A stretch of 64,000 bases of DNA, taken from the NCBI GenBank assembly GCA_963674705.1, contig OY771506.1, positions 5,152,001 to 5,216,000 of the forward strand, given 5' to 3'. Below, in pieces: positions 54,901 through 64,000 of this stretch (its first letter is position 1; every line of letters begins with the position of its first letter). The position numbers and the translations under genes were made by a program. A model generated the notes under the pieces. It was given only the letters and a program-made list of their open reading frames with translations. It made no database searches and was not told the origin of the DNA. Source of the stretch: Phycisphaeraceae bacterium. GTDB lineage: Bacteria; Planctomycetota; Phycisphaerae; Phycisphaerales; Phycisphaeraceae.

Positions 54901-55385
54901 CAGGTGTGGTGCTGGATGTGGAAGGCACCATCAGCGCCGACCGCCGCTATGTGACCCTGACGCTGCGTCCGAGCCTGGCAAACCTCGTCGCGATCCGTGA
55001 GACCAGCATCATCGGTACGCAAACCAATACCGGTAATGATAATAATAATAATACAGACAGTAATACGTTCTTCGGCACGATTGAACAGCCTGAAATCGAA
55101 ATCACCATCGTCGAAACCACCGTCACGATCCCGGACCAGGGCACGCTGCTGATCGGTGGCCAGCGTCTGGTGGGTGAAGTCGAGATCGAAGCGGGCGTGC
55201 CTGTGCTGTCGAAGATCCCCGTGCTCAGCCGCTTGTTTGCCAACAACGCGACCGCCAAGGATCAACGCACCCTGCTGATCCTGATCAAGCCCTCGATCCT
55301 GCTGCAGTCGGAGATCGAAGACGAACAGTTCCCGGGCCTGATGCAGGACCCGACACGGTTCAACATCAGCAATCAACTTCGCTGA
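51984..55385 (+). CDS. Large secretin-domain outer membrane protein with TPR/coiled-coil N-terminus
   Basis: TTG start after GGAGG; QISVEARFL, APRVTISNGQ, TIPDQGTLLIGG, VPVLSKIPVLSRLF; Gly18 tract. Confidence 0.88.
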   Translation: MFTRHYLAVAVVVCGLAAGLPALLADEGEPTASELYEQGILLYEGGQLEAARDVFHRVDAMQLPKDARLKFYDALKSIDMALGAAPQDATEAEAAETKVESNVAESAEEVAATEPVEAKPVAAEPIEDIKHPTQLLWEADMAMSDNPAQAAVLYQAVIDDSRSDALTVSQAKARIKQAQRLATPNIEAARTHLDQAEAAVKAKKYAEAKSLVNMIQASDVELGWREAARLDRLAATIEKNADKIQPAPRAEAVTEEKDLASVPVATVVDATEDVAPPAEEKMAEAETESQMPSDDLLRQVRLGYAQQKAVEADKAQTEGQLRLAIDLYKQAMELDPENKTYQQKHASAVALQNKSLVPQGLVEDIRHRDMIKAQEVKAEFEASMNLARSRMAEKNFAAAFDAAADAKVILDRNQRFLAPTEYSSLRSDAESLSAQIESARASATTDAIKAQEDEQAKKEEQARIEAQAKKDKEIQSLLKRALELQRDMKYDQALDLLDQALFLDPNDVAVNAIKEMIEETQIITHARDVYRRRDLGIARQSVINDEASIPYEEILTYPADWPQITYTRLSDLDSSGGESEADRQVSASLKNPVPINFEANRLANVIDYLRNTTGVNFFVNWPVLEQAGVDQDTLISLRLNNVPAEQALRLVLQQIGSEFDPIGFSIIEGVVNISTVRDLARTTDTRVYDIRDLLVQVPNFTNAPRFDLSEALNSSGGGGGGGGGGGGGGGGGGQGIFGDTNEDEENAAPTREELITQITTLITETVGDYNEWSINGGDVSSLDELNGNLVVKTTPDNHRNIVGLLAQLREIRSGQISVEARFLLVDESFLEETGFDFDFQINDIGSSFGPIRFAQDSVSLADAPTTSVGSSPFSTIQSGATGPGTFVPGLGFQPSTGRAMDFSVSFLEDIEVNLLVKSTQANQRSLTLTAPRVTISNGQRAYVAVATQRSFISDLEPVPDAAGFDATLSYFQTGVVLDVEGTISADRRYVTLTLRPSLANLVAIRETSIIGTQTNTGNDNNNNTDSNTFFGTIEQPEIEITIVETTVTIPDQGTLLIGGQRLVGEVEIEAGVPVLSKIPVLSRLFANNATAKDQRTLLILIKPSILLQSEIEDEQFPGLMQDPTRFNISNQLR

Positions 55386-55410
55386 ATCAGCGATTGATAA
55401 TTGGAGATTA

Positions 55411-55450
55411 CGGAGCCCACGTTTAACAAACGTGGGCTTCTTTTTTGCGC
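55411..55450 (+). terminator. Terminator of the secretin gene
   Basis: GAGCCCACGTTT/AAACGTGGGCTT stem + T6. Confidence 0.85.
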
Positions 55451-55500
55451 CCCACTTTTTTATCACTGCCAACATATCGCTCTAACGTATGTCTGTTTAT

Positions 55501-56545
55501 TAGAGCATCTTCCACGCCTCTGTAGCGCCCTTGTACACAAGTGATTATGCTGTGCCTTCAAGCAAGGAGGCTTTGATGAAGGCATACTCGATGGACTTGC
55601 GCAAGCGGGTGTTGGCGGCGTGCGATGCCGGGCACGGCACGCGTGAGGTGGCCGAGCGGTTCTCGGTCAGCGCCTCGTGGGTGCGTCGGCTCAAGCAACG
55701 GCGTCGTGAAGGCGAGGGGATCGCGCCGCGGCCTCAGGGCGGCGACTACGTCAGCCGGTTCGCCGGCAAAGACCTGCAGCGTGTACATGCGATGCTCAAG
55801 CAGAAGCCGGACACGACGCTGGATGCGTTGCGTGTGCGTTGCGAGCGTGAGTTGGGCATCCGTTGCGGGCTGGGCACGATGTGGCGGACGGTGCGTTGGA
55901 AGCTGGGGTGGACGTTTAAAAAAAGTCATTACGGCCCAGCGAGCAGGACCGCGCGGATGTGAAGCGTCAGCGTGTGAACTTCCGCATCGCCACGCGGTTC
56001 ATCGAGCCTAAGCAGCTTGTGTTCCTGGATGAATCGGGCGCGAGGACGAACATGACCCGCCTGCGGGGCTGGGCCGGACGCGGTTGCCGGCTGGACGCCG
56101 CGGCGCCGCACAGCCACTGGCGTACGACGACGATGCTCAGCGCGATCGGTTGTGAGGGTGTGATCCAACGGGCGACGCTGGCCTTCGACGGCGCGACGGA
56201 TGCGGCGCTGTTCCGCGGCTACGTCGAGCGTTGCCTGGCCCCGGCACTAAAGCAAGGCCAGATCGTCGTGATGGATAACCTGGCGTCGCACAAGGTATGC
56301 GGGGTGCGTGAAGCGATCGAAGCGGCGGGCTGTGACCTGTGGTACTTACCGCCGTACTCACCGGACTTCAACCCGATCGAGAAGATGTGGAGCAAGGTCA
56401 AAGCCCTGCTGCGTGCCGCCGCCGCGCGGACCAGCGACAAACTGATTGAGGCGATCGGTCGGGCGTTGCGTGCGGTATCACTGGACGAGTGCCGCAACTA
56501 CTTCCGCAGCTGCGGGTATGCTACATGAGATTGGAAGACGCTCTA
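55501..56545 (+). mobile_element. IS630-family insertion sequence
   Basis: Terminal IRs TAGAGCATCTTCCA..TGTAGC / GCTACA..TGGAAGACGCTCTA with TA at both ends. Confidence 0.93.
55576..56528 (+). CDS. IS630 transposase (orfA+orfB, programmed -1 frameshift)
   Basis: MKAYSMDLRKRV HTH; slippery TTTAAAAAAAG at 55915-55925; FLDES, MDN, YSPDFNPIE DDE triad. Confidence 0.93.
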
Positions 56546-56632
56546 GCCGCATTGCGACGCAATGCGGGCAGTGTAGATGCACTGAATTGAAGCACGCAGG
56601 CTTGCGCCGACCCGACCAGGATGGTCGGGCTA
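56544..56632. repeat. TAGCC REP doublet
   Basis: Halves are exact reverse complements of 40720-40744 and 20860-20881. Confidence 0.88.
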
Positions 56633-56671
56633 TACGGGGGAACGGACACACCGTAATGATCAGGCGATATG

Positions 56672-57799
56672 TCAGTGATACATCCGGCGTCGGCCGCGGC
56701 TGTCCATGGCGGCCAGGAGGATGATGATCGAGAGGGTTTGGCCCGCGGCGAGTAGCGCCTGCCATTGTTCGAGCGAACCAAGCATCACGCCGCTTAACCC
56801 ACAAGACAAGGTGCAGCACCAGACGACCAGTACAGCCCTTCTCTGACTCAGGCCCCTGCGGACCAGACGGTGCGAGAAGTGGTTGTGATCGCCTTTGAAC
56901 GGGCTGAGGCCCTTGGATAAGCGGATAAGCGTGACACTGGTCAGGTCATACAAAGGAATCGCCATAACCATCAAGGGCATCAACACGCCGTACCAGTGCC
57001 CCACCGTGTCGGCAGACGAAGTGGGGTCGAAGTAGGTCGTGCGGATGGAGATGACGGCGAGCGTTCCGCCGATGACAAGTGAGCCTGCGTCGCCCATAAA
57101 GAGTCTTGCGGGCGGGAAGTTGAAGGCCATGAAACCGAGCAAAGAACCGGCCAGCAGCGCCGCCAGCGCGGCGACGAACCACTGTCCGCCGATGAGCGTG
57201 GCGGCCAGGTAAAGGCTGGCAATGATCAGCCCGACCCCCCCACTCAGGCCGTCCATGTTGTCCAGGAAGTTCATGGCGTTGATGATGACGACGATCCAGG
57301 TGACGCTGATCGCGACACTGGCTGCCATGCCGAGTTGGCCATAGGAATCGAGGAATCGCAGTGCGCGGATGTTGCAGAGGGTGGCAAGCGCCAGCGCGAC
57401 CAGCACCTGCACGCAGAGCTTGATGCCGGGGCCCAGCGATCGGCGGTCGTCGATCAGGCCCATGACATGCAATACACAGATCGCGGTCAGCACGCCGCCG
57501 CCCATGGAAGTCGTCGCCCGCAGGCCCGGCAGGTGTGCGGCGACGGCGGGCATCCGGGTTTCCCACCACTCGAAAGGCACGAGCCAGACGCCCAGCAGGC
57601 ACGCCGCCATCGGAAATACGAGACCCGCAAAGATCGCGACGCCACCCGTGTTCGGCACCAGACGCCCATGACGTTTGTGCCTCTCAGTGCCCGATTCGTC
57701 GACCAGCCCGAGCTTACGGCTGGCGGTCAGCATCAGACCCGCCAGGGGGAAACTGACCACGAACGACACGCCGATCATTAACAGGCAAATCCAGACCAT
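56672..57799 (-). CDS. MraY/WecA family undecaprenyl-phosphate GlcNAc-1-phosphate transferase
   Basis: GLIDD, NAMNFLDNMDG, FNFPPARLFMGDAGS, DHNHFSHRL. Confidence 0.9.
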   Translation of the reverse strand: MVWICLLMIGVSFVVSFPLAGLMLTASRKLGLVDESGTERHKRHGRLVPNTGGVAIFAGLVFPMAACLLGVWLVPFEWWETRMPAVAAHLPGLRATTSMGGGVLTAICVLHVMGLIDDRRSLGPGIKLCVQVLVALALATLCNIRALRFLDSYGQLGMAASVAISVTWIVVIINAMNFLDNMDGLSGGVGLIIASLYLAATLIGGQWFVAALAALLAGSLLGFMAFNFPPARLFMGDAGSLVIGGTLAVISIRTTYFDPTSSADTVGHWYGVLMPLMVMAIPLYDLTSVTLIRLSKGLSPFKGDHNHFSHRLVRRGLSQRRAVLVVWCCTLSCGLSGVMLGSLEQWQALLAAGQTLSIIILLAAMDSRGRRRMYH

Positions 57800-57864
57800 A
57801 CCCTATTGGATACGCGCGCAGGCTAATAAGCAAACCGGACCCCAATATGCGATAAACTCTTGGG

Positions 57865-58413
57865 ATGGCAGAATACAAAAACAAGCACGGGCGCAAGCCC
57901 GGACGGGGGCTGAGGCCCTGGATCCTGATCCCGAAAGTGTTGTGTGTCGGCGCTGTGTTCGGCGGTTTTTTAGCGGCGGGAACGCTGCTGCATGCAAGCG
58001 ACCCGCAGACCGCAGAGCAGTGGCAAGACCTGATTCGTTCGATGGAGGCGCTGTTCCTGCGGCTGATCGTCCCGGCGGTGTTCGGCGTGGTCGTCTTCGG
58101 CATCCTGCTGCTATGGATGCATTGGCGTGCGTTTCTCGGGATGCGCTGGGTCTGGACAAAGCTGATCCTGCTGTTGATCGCCCTGCCGCCGCTGCATCTG
58201 AGCGGTCGATGGCACCTGCTGCACGCAAGGGCCGCGCTGGGGGAGGGCGATCTGAACCGCGTCGCCACACTGATGGGCCGATTCACGATCACGGTCGACA
58301 TCACGATATTGGCCTTAGCGTTCGTGATCGGGTTCGCCAGGCACAAACCGAGACTCGGTCAGAAGCCGAAGACGGTGAAGCAGCAGCGGGAAGCGAAGGA
58401 AGCCGACGAGTAA
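57865..58413 (+). CDS. Hypothetical membrane protein
   Basis: 4 hydrophobic segments, W..TKL motif. Confidence 0.7.
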   Translation: MAEYKNKHGRKPGRGLRPWILIPKVLCVGAVFGGFLAAGTLLHASDPQTAEQWQDLIRSMEALFLRLIVPAVFGVVVFGILLLWMHWRAFLGMRWVWTKLILLLIALPPLHLSGRWHLLHARAALGEGDLNRVATLMGRFTITVDITILALAFVIGFARHKPRLGQKPKTVKQQREAKEADE

Positions 58414-58563
58414 TCTTTACCGCCTGCGAATATCTTGCTTTTAGCACCAAAATCCTTGATTTATCTGGCATTACAGCCCTTCTCGGTTATTATGTAATAA
58501 GGTGGGGTATGGTCGGTTTACCGGCCAGCGACCTGCTGCGTACCACGATCGCGAGGAGGAATA

Positions 58564-60552
58564 ATGTCTGGAAGGCGTGTTGTCATTGTCGGCCTGCTGG
58601 CCGGGGTATGTCTGTGGCTGTCGGCTGATATCGCGCGGGCGGATAACGGCGGGGACTTCGCCGACTTCCGGGCGCTTTGGGTGAGTCGGTACGAGTACAG
58701 CACGAGTAACCCTGCGGATGTGCAGCAGGTCGTGGCAAACGCGGCGAGCATGGGGATTACGGACCTTATCTTCCAGGTGCGCGGCTCGGGTGATGCGTAT
58801 TACGACTCGAACTTTGAGCCGAGATCGGAACGACTGAGCGGGACGTGGGACCCGCTGCAGACGGCGATCGATGCGGCGCATGGCTACGGCATGAACGTGC
58901 ATGCGTGGATGAACGTGGTGCCGATCTGGAACGGGTCGGATTTACCCGAGGACCCGAGCCATATCTTTTACAACACCGATCCAAGTTTCCGGTTGTATGA
59001 CATCAACGGCGTTGTTGAAGACCCGGCCGATCCTGACAGCGGCGGTTACGCGGCGGCGAACCCGATCCTGCCGGAGTTTCACACGCACATCAACAACGTC
59101 GTCCAGGACATCGTCAGCAACTACGACGTGGATGGGATCCACCTGGATTACATCCGCTGGTTAGGCACGGACAACTTCGACACGCTGCCGCATGATGCGT
59201 ATTCGCATCAGCTTTTCAACCAGGCGACGGGGCTTGATGCGTCGAATTCTGCGAACGCGGATGCGTACATGGATTACATCCGCGATCGGATCACGGATTT
59301 AGTTGCGTCGATCGACAGCACGATCGGCTCGACGGACCCGTCGGTGAAACTGTCGGCTGCGGTGTGGCGTGATGTGGATGTTGGATACAACGATCGGTTG
59401 CAGGATTACAAGACCTGGCTCGAGAACGATTATCTCGACATCGTGATGCCGATGATGTACTTGAGCGAAGAAAACAACATGCTGTACCCCATCAGCATGG
59501 ACAAACTCATGGCGATCGAGACGAACGCCTTGATCGCGCCGGGGATCGGGCTGCCGCGCTATGACAATCCGGATGTGGCGGTAAGCCAGCTATCCAGCGC
59601 CCACGTGCGCGGCGCGAACGGGTCGACGGTGTATTCATATACGTCACTGTTCGAAAACGGACAGGTCGGCGTCGATATGCGCAACGCGATTGTGAACTTC
59701 ATCGATTCGACGGCGCAGCCCGCGGCAATACCGCCGGTGGGCGGGACGATCGTTTCGCTGGTGGATTTTGAAACCGATGAAGGCACGTTCGATAAAAGCC
59801 CGACGTTTGCGGGTACGAACTACGGGATCATCTCCGGCACGGCCGACCGCGTAACGAGCGAAGCGCATGACGGCATCGCATCACAGCGCATCAACATCAT
59901 CGGTGATGAAGACGGTTGGGAATTGAGGCATGTTTCAGGCAGCGCGAATCCCGCGAACAACGTAGTGATCGATGCGGAAGGCTGGATCGGATTCTGGTTG
60001 ATGACGGAGACACCCGGGCTGACGGTGCAGATCGGTCTGGATGATCCATCGTCGGCGGACCGCGGCAGCCCGCTTGAAGTGATCGCGGACGGGCAGTGGC
60101 ATCTGTATCAATGGGACCTGGAAAATCCCGCGCACTGGGAAGGCTGGATCAGCGGCACGGGCTTGATCGATGGACCGACGCTGACGATCGATTCGATCTT
60201 TTTCAAGGGCGCAGGCAACGCGACGTTCTACCTGGACGGCGTGGCGTACAACAATGACGGTTCGCTGACGCCTGAGATTCTCGGCGACATCAACGGCGAC
60301 GGATTCGTCGGTTTAGCCGACCTGGATGTGATCCTTACGAACTGGAACCAGACGGTGCCGGTCGGCGACAAAAGCCAGGGCGATCTCGCGGGCATCGGCG
60401 ACGGGTTTGTGGGCCTCAGCGATCTGGATGTGGTGCTGAACAACTGGAACCTCGGCACGCCGCCGAGCGATCTGGTGTTCATCCCGGAACCGGGCATGCT
60501 TGCGATCTGCTTGCCTGTTTTAACGGCGTTTTCCCTGCGTCGTAGCAGGTAA
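58564..60552 (+). CDS. GHL10 (DUF187) glycoside hydrolase-like protein + jelly-roll domain + dockerin-like module + PEP-CTERM
   Basis: FQVRGSGDAYY, WDPL, HAWMN, GIHLDYIR, PMMY; IPEPG tail. Confidence 0.88.
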   Translation: MSGRRVVIVGLLAGVCLWLSADIARADNGGDFADFRALWVSRYEYSTSNPADVQQVVANAASMGITDLIFQVRGSGDAYYDSNFEPRSERLSGTWDPLQTAIDAAHGYGMNVHAWMNVVPIWNGSDLPEDPSHIFYNTDPSFRLYDINGVVEDPADPDSGGYAAANPILPEFHTHINNVVQDIVSNYDVDGIHLDYIRWLGTDNFDTLPHDAYSHQLFNQATGLDASNSANADAYMDYIRDRITDLVASIDSTIGSTDPSVKLSAAVWRDVDVGYNDRLQDYKTWLENDYLDIVMPMMYLSEENNMLYPISMDKLMAIETNALIAPGIGLPRYDNPDVAVSQLSSAHVRGANGSTVYSYTSLFENGQVGVDMRNAIVNFIDSTAQPAAIPPVGGTIVSLVDFETDEGTFDKSPTFAGTNYGIISGTADRVTSEAHDGIASQRINIIGDEDGWELRHVSGSANPANNVVIDAEGWIGFWLMTETPGLTVQIGLDDPSSADRGSPLEVIADGQWHLYQWDLENPAHWEGWISGTGLIDGPTLTIDSIFFKGAGNATFYLDGVAYNNDGSLTPEILGDINGDGFVGLADLDVILTNWNQTVPVGDKSQGDLAGIGDGFVGLSDLDVVLNNWNLGTPPSDLVFIPEPGMLAICLPVLTAFSLRRSR

Positions 60553-60681
60553 GCACCGACCTGCCGCTCGGTTTTCCGTGCGTTAAGTGGAATTTCCTTG
60601 CATTCCCAAGGCCTCCATTTATTATGTAATTATGGGCCGACTGGGTAATCCGGCCTGTCAGATGATGGCAACGACACACTT

Positions 60682-62691
60682 ATGGATAGGGCTGTAACCA
60701 TGCGACGTAACCCTTTACTGTTGGGGCTGATGGTGATTCTGTCGGGCTTGTCTTGTGCGACACACAGCGCACTGGCGGCGGTGGACACGAACTTCGCGGA
60801 CTACCGCGGGATCTGGATCGACCGGTTCGACTACCGCAATCTCGGTACCTCGGGCGTGCAGCAGATCATGGCCAACTGCGCTGCGGCGGGGTTCACGGAT
60901 GTGATCTTCCAGGTGCGCGGCCAGGGTGATGCGTATTACCAATCGAACTACGAACCACGGGCCGAGGCGCTGAGCGGGAGCTGGGACCCGCTACAGGTGG
61001 CGGTCGATGCGGCGCACGCCAACGGGTTGAAGATCCATGCGTGGATGAACTCGATGCCTTTGTGGAACGGCACGACCCCGCCGAGCACGACGACCGCGAT
61101 CGAGCATCCGTTCTATCACGACCCGAGCTACCGCGTGATGGACCTGAACGGCAACTATCAGCCGCTGCAGTCAGGTTACGTGATCGCCAACCCGATCAAT
61201 CCGGACTGGCAGACGCACATGAATAACGTCGCCGGCGACATCGTTGCCAACTACAACGTGGACGGGCTGCACCTTGACTACATCCGGTACGTCGGCAGCA
61301 TCGACCACGCTTCCTTGCCGCACGATCCACAGTCGCATGCGATGTTCCTTGCGGCAACCGGTTTGGACGCGGCGAATCCCGCGAACGAAGCAGCGTACCA
61401 GCAGTACATCCGCGGCCGCATCACCGACCTGGTGGGTGACATCCGCACGACCATCAAAGCGATCAATCCGGACGTGACGTATTCCGCCGCGGTTTGGCGC
61501 GACCCGGATGTGGGCAGCACGTATTACCTGCAGGACTACCGCACGTGGTTGGAGAACGACCTGCTGGACAACGCGCACCCGATGATCTACCTGCATGAGT
61601 CGAACAACTACCTGCTCGAGCCGAACATCAACAACACGATGAGCATCAACACGAATACGCAGGTCATGCCGGGGCTCGGGCCATACCTGCACGAGGTGTA
61701 CGGCGACAGCACGGACCTGATCACGCAGCAGTTGCAGACGATCTACGACGCCGGCGCCAACGGTTCGGTGATGTACGACTATGGGCACCTGTTCAAAAAC
61801 ACCACGTACACGAACACGCAATTGTCGAACATCATGAACTTCATCGACTCGACAGTTGTTGAGGAACCGCCGGTCGGCGGCGAGATCGTCGTGCTGGATG
61901 ATTTTGAAGTCGATGAAGGCCACTTCTCCGCCAGCCCGACATACTCCGGCAGCAACCGAGGCATCCTCAGTGCGACGGCTGAAAGGGATACGTCAGAAGC
62001 ACACACGGGTATCGCATCTGAGCGGATCGATGTTGAGTTCGACCCGAGTGCCACGGATCGCATGTTGCGCTTCCTGTCTGGTATAGGCGACCCGGCTCAA
62101 AACGTCGTGATCGATGCGGACGGCTGGATCGGTTTCTGGATGATGACCGAGACGCCGGGTCTGACCGTGCAGATCGCGCTGGACGATCCGGACTCAGCCG
62201 ACCGCGGCCTCGCGCAGGAAGTGATCGCGGACGGCGAGTGGCATCTGTACCAGTGGGACCTGGATAACAACGCACAATGGGAAGGCTGGGCCTACCAGGA
62301 CGGCATCATCACCGGCCCGACGATCACGATCGATTCGATCTTCCTGTTCGGCAGCGGATCGGCGACGGTGTATCTCGATGATGTCGCCTACAACAACGGC
62401 GGCTCACTGATCCCCGGCGGCCTACCGGGCGATCTGAACGGCGACGGCTGGGTGGGATTGGATGACCTTGACATCATCCTCGCGCACTGGAACCAGACCG
62501 TCACGCCGGGCGACCTGTTGTCAGGCGATGCCAACGGCGACGGCTTCGTCGGCCTGGAAGACCTGGACTACGTGCTGGGTCCGTGGAATACAGGTACGCC
62601 ACCGAGTGGTAGCGTGATCCCTGAGCCGACGACGCTGGCATTGCTGGGATTTGGCTTGTTAGCATTCAACCGGCGCAGGTCGGCTGCCTGA
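60682..62691 (+). CDS. Tandem GHL10 paralogue + dockerin-like module + PEP-CTERM
   Basis: Same motifs; IPEPTTLALLGFGLLAFNRRR. Confidence 0.88.
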   Translation: MDRAVTMRRNPLLLGLMVILSGLSCATHSALAAVDTNFADYRGIWIDRFDYRNLGTSGVQQIMANCAAAGFTDVIFQVRGQGDAYYQSNYEPRAEALSGSWDPLQVAVDAAHANGLKIHAWMNSMPLWNGTTPPSTTTAIEHPFYHDPSYRVMDLNGNYQPLQSGYVIANPINPDWQTHMNNVAGDIVANYNVDGLHLDYIRYVGSIDHASLPHDPQSHAMFLAATGLDAANPANEAAYQQYIRGRITDLVGDIRTTIKAINPDVTYSAAVWRDPDVGSTYYLQDYRTWLENDLLDNAHPMIYLHESNNYLLEPNINNTMSINTNTQVMPGLGPYLHEVYGDSTDLITQQLQTIYDAGANGSVMYDYGHLFKNTTYTNTQLSNIMNFIDSTVVEEPPVGGEIVVLDDFEVDEGHFSASPTYSGSNRGILSATAERDTSEAHTGIASERIDVEFDPSATDRMLRFLSGIGDPAQNVVIDADGWIGFWMMTETPGLTVQIALDDPDSADRGLAQEVIADGEWHLYQWDLDNNAQWEGWAYQDGIITGPTITIDSIFLFGSGSATVYLDDVAYNNGGSLIPGGLPGDLNGDGWVGLDDLDIILAHWNQTVTPGDLLSGDANGDGFVGLEDLDYVLGPWNTGTPPSGSVIPEPTTLALLGFGLLAFNRRRSAA

Positions 62692-62795
62692 AAATATTGT
62701 GGCTATCCAAGCGATGAACAGGTAAACTTGCCCTGTGTTTTGTTGCATCAACAAACAGGCTTCGGGTCGTTAATCCGTTCTTTGGGAGTGGTAAA

Positions 62796-64000
62796 ATGGG
62801 TAAGTCTCCGGGTGCAGTTTTACTTTGTATTCTTCTTGCAGGTTCGGGGTTTTACGCTGATAGGTCGTGTGTCGCCGCGGTCGGAACGACAGAGATCGTC
62901 GCGGCGACCGGCGACCCGTTGCCGGACGGGTCGGGTACGTTCACCCAATTCGAGGGTATCTGGTCCTACCCATTTGCCTTTTATCGTGGTCCCACGATTA
63001 ACGATCTGGGGCAGGTGGCATTTATGGCGCTGACGGATTCCCCGGACGGCGGAGGGGTGGAAGTCTATCGAGGCGACAACGGCAGCTTGACGCAGATTAC
63101 TTACCCGGGACTCGCCACACCGGACGGCAACGGTACGTTTCCGGATACCGCTGGTTACATGTCCTGCAACACACTGATCAATAATCAGAACCAAGTGTTA
63201 TTCAGTGCTATTTTAAGTGATACAGCGAATGAACCATCGGATGCGACAGGCATATTCCTGTCAGATGGCACGGACATGATCCAGATCGCTCGAGCGGGCC
63301 AGGTCTTACCCGGAGGCGACACGCTTGACCATACCTATGTTTACACGGCATCGAACGCCGCCTTGAATGATGCCGGACAGGTCGCGTTCTATACCCACAC
63401 TATTGGTGAATCCACGAATCTGACAACCGGCTTGTACCTGAGTGATGGGTCTACCATCACAACGATCATGGAGATGGGGGATACCGTTCCAGGAGGCAAC
63501 GGTACATTCATGCCCTTCAAGCCGAATTTCATAGGTCCAACTCCCGTGATGAATAACCAGGGGCAGTTTGTATTTTCGACCTGGCTTGAGAATACAGCCG
63601 GCGGAGAAGCGGACGATTCGGGGATCTTCTATTGGGATGGATCAGTACTTACCGAAGTGGTGCAAGAAGGCGATGCAGCGCCCGACGGGAACGGTCTGTT
63701 CGGCGAGATTTCCATCGCCTGTGCCAAAATCAACGATACGGGATCATTCGCGTTCAACGCTGACTTGACCGGGACGATCGGTGGCGAAGATTACGAACGC
63801 GCGATCTTCCTGAGCGACGGTTCAAACATCTCTACCATTGTCCGTGACGGTGATAATGCACCGGACGGCAATAGCGTTTTTGCGCATATTTATCTACGGG
63901 ATATGAGTAGTACGGGCCAGATCACTTTTAGCGCCAGACTGGCTGATGCTAACGGCACAGAAGCGATTGGAGATGGTATCTACCGCTACGATGGCGGATC
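62796..64000 (+). CDS. Secreted NxxGxxAF tandem-repeat protein (3' end outside window)
   Basis: Not in the ORF track. ATG 62796 after GGGAG; MGKSPGAVLLCILLAG...; repeats INDLGQVAF, LNDAGQVAF, INDTGSFAF. Confidence 0.85.
   Translation, partial: MGKSPGAVLLCILLAGSGFYADRSCVAAVGTTEIVAATGDPLPDGSGTFTQFEGIWSYPFAFYRGPTINDLGQVAFMALTDSPDGGGVEVYRGDNGSLTQITYPGLATPDGNGTFPDTAGYMSCNTLINNQNQVLFSAILSDTANEPSDATGIFLSDGTDMIQIARAGQVLPGGDTLDHTYVYTASNAALNDAGQVAFYTHTIGESTNLTTGLYLSDGSTITTIMEMGDTVPGGNGTFMPFKPNFIGPTPVMNNQGQFVFSTWLENTAGGEADDSGIFYWDGSVLTEVVQEGDAAPDGNGLFGEISIACAKINDTGSFAFNADLTGTIGGEDYERAIFLSDGSNISTIVRDGDNAPDGNSVFAHIYLRDMSSTGQITFSARLADANGTEAIGDGIYRYDGG

Noticed and set aside
55915..55962. IS630 split ORFs as a pseudogene
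   Set aside because: The break falls at the canonical A-rich programmed -1 frameshift site.

Overview
A 64-kb, GC-rich bacterial chromosome segment. PEP-CTERM and dockerin-like proteins, a TPR-secretin and a truncated MnmE paralogue suggest a Planctomycetota (Phycisphaerae-like) organism; this is inference. About 45 CDSs are supported. They include housekeeping and metabolic genes (ugd, nitrite/sulfite reductase, pnuC-nadR, moaC, DUF47-PiT-sixA, AddAB-like pair with a frameshifted addB, pckG, floA, coaX, obgE, rpmA, WecA/MraY-like) and many secreted or surface proteins. Six of these proteins share a two-repeat dockerin-like module. One apparently intact IS630 element (programmed -1 frameshift) sits at the edge of a REP. 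Intergenic DNA is dense with REP-like hairpins, 7-nt tandem arrays and 9-nt-period inverted elements. No tRNA, rRNA or CRISPR array was recognised. Top leads: (1) a DUF4914-type protein 2.3 kb from pckG that retains the PEP-carboxykinase catalytic motifs in order, a candidate uncharacterised PEPCK-superfamily enzyme; (2) a dockerin + PEP-CTERM surface-enzyme system; (3) a palindromic heptamer repeat inserted in frame in a GTPase G-domain; (4) a nucleotide-kinase/NDT fusion; (5) a repeat ecosystem sharing a TAGCC end. All calls come from reading the sequence and remembered family motifs; no searches were run.
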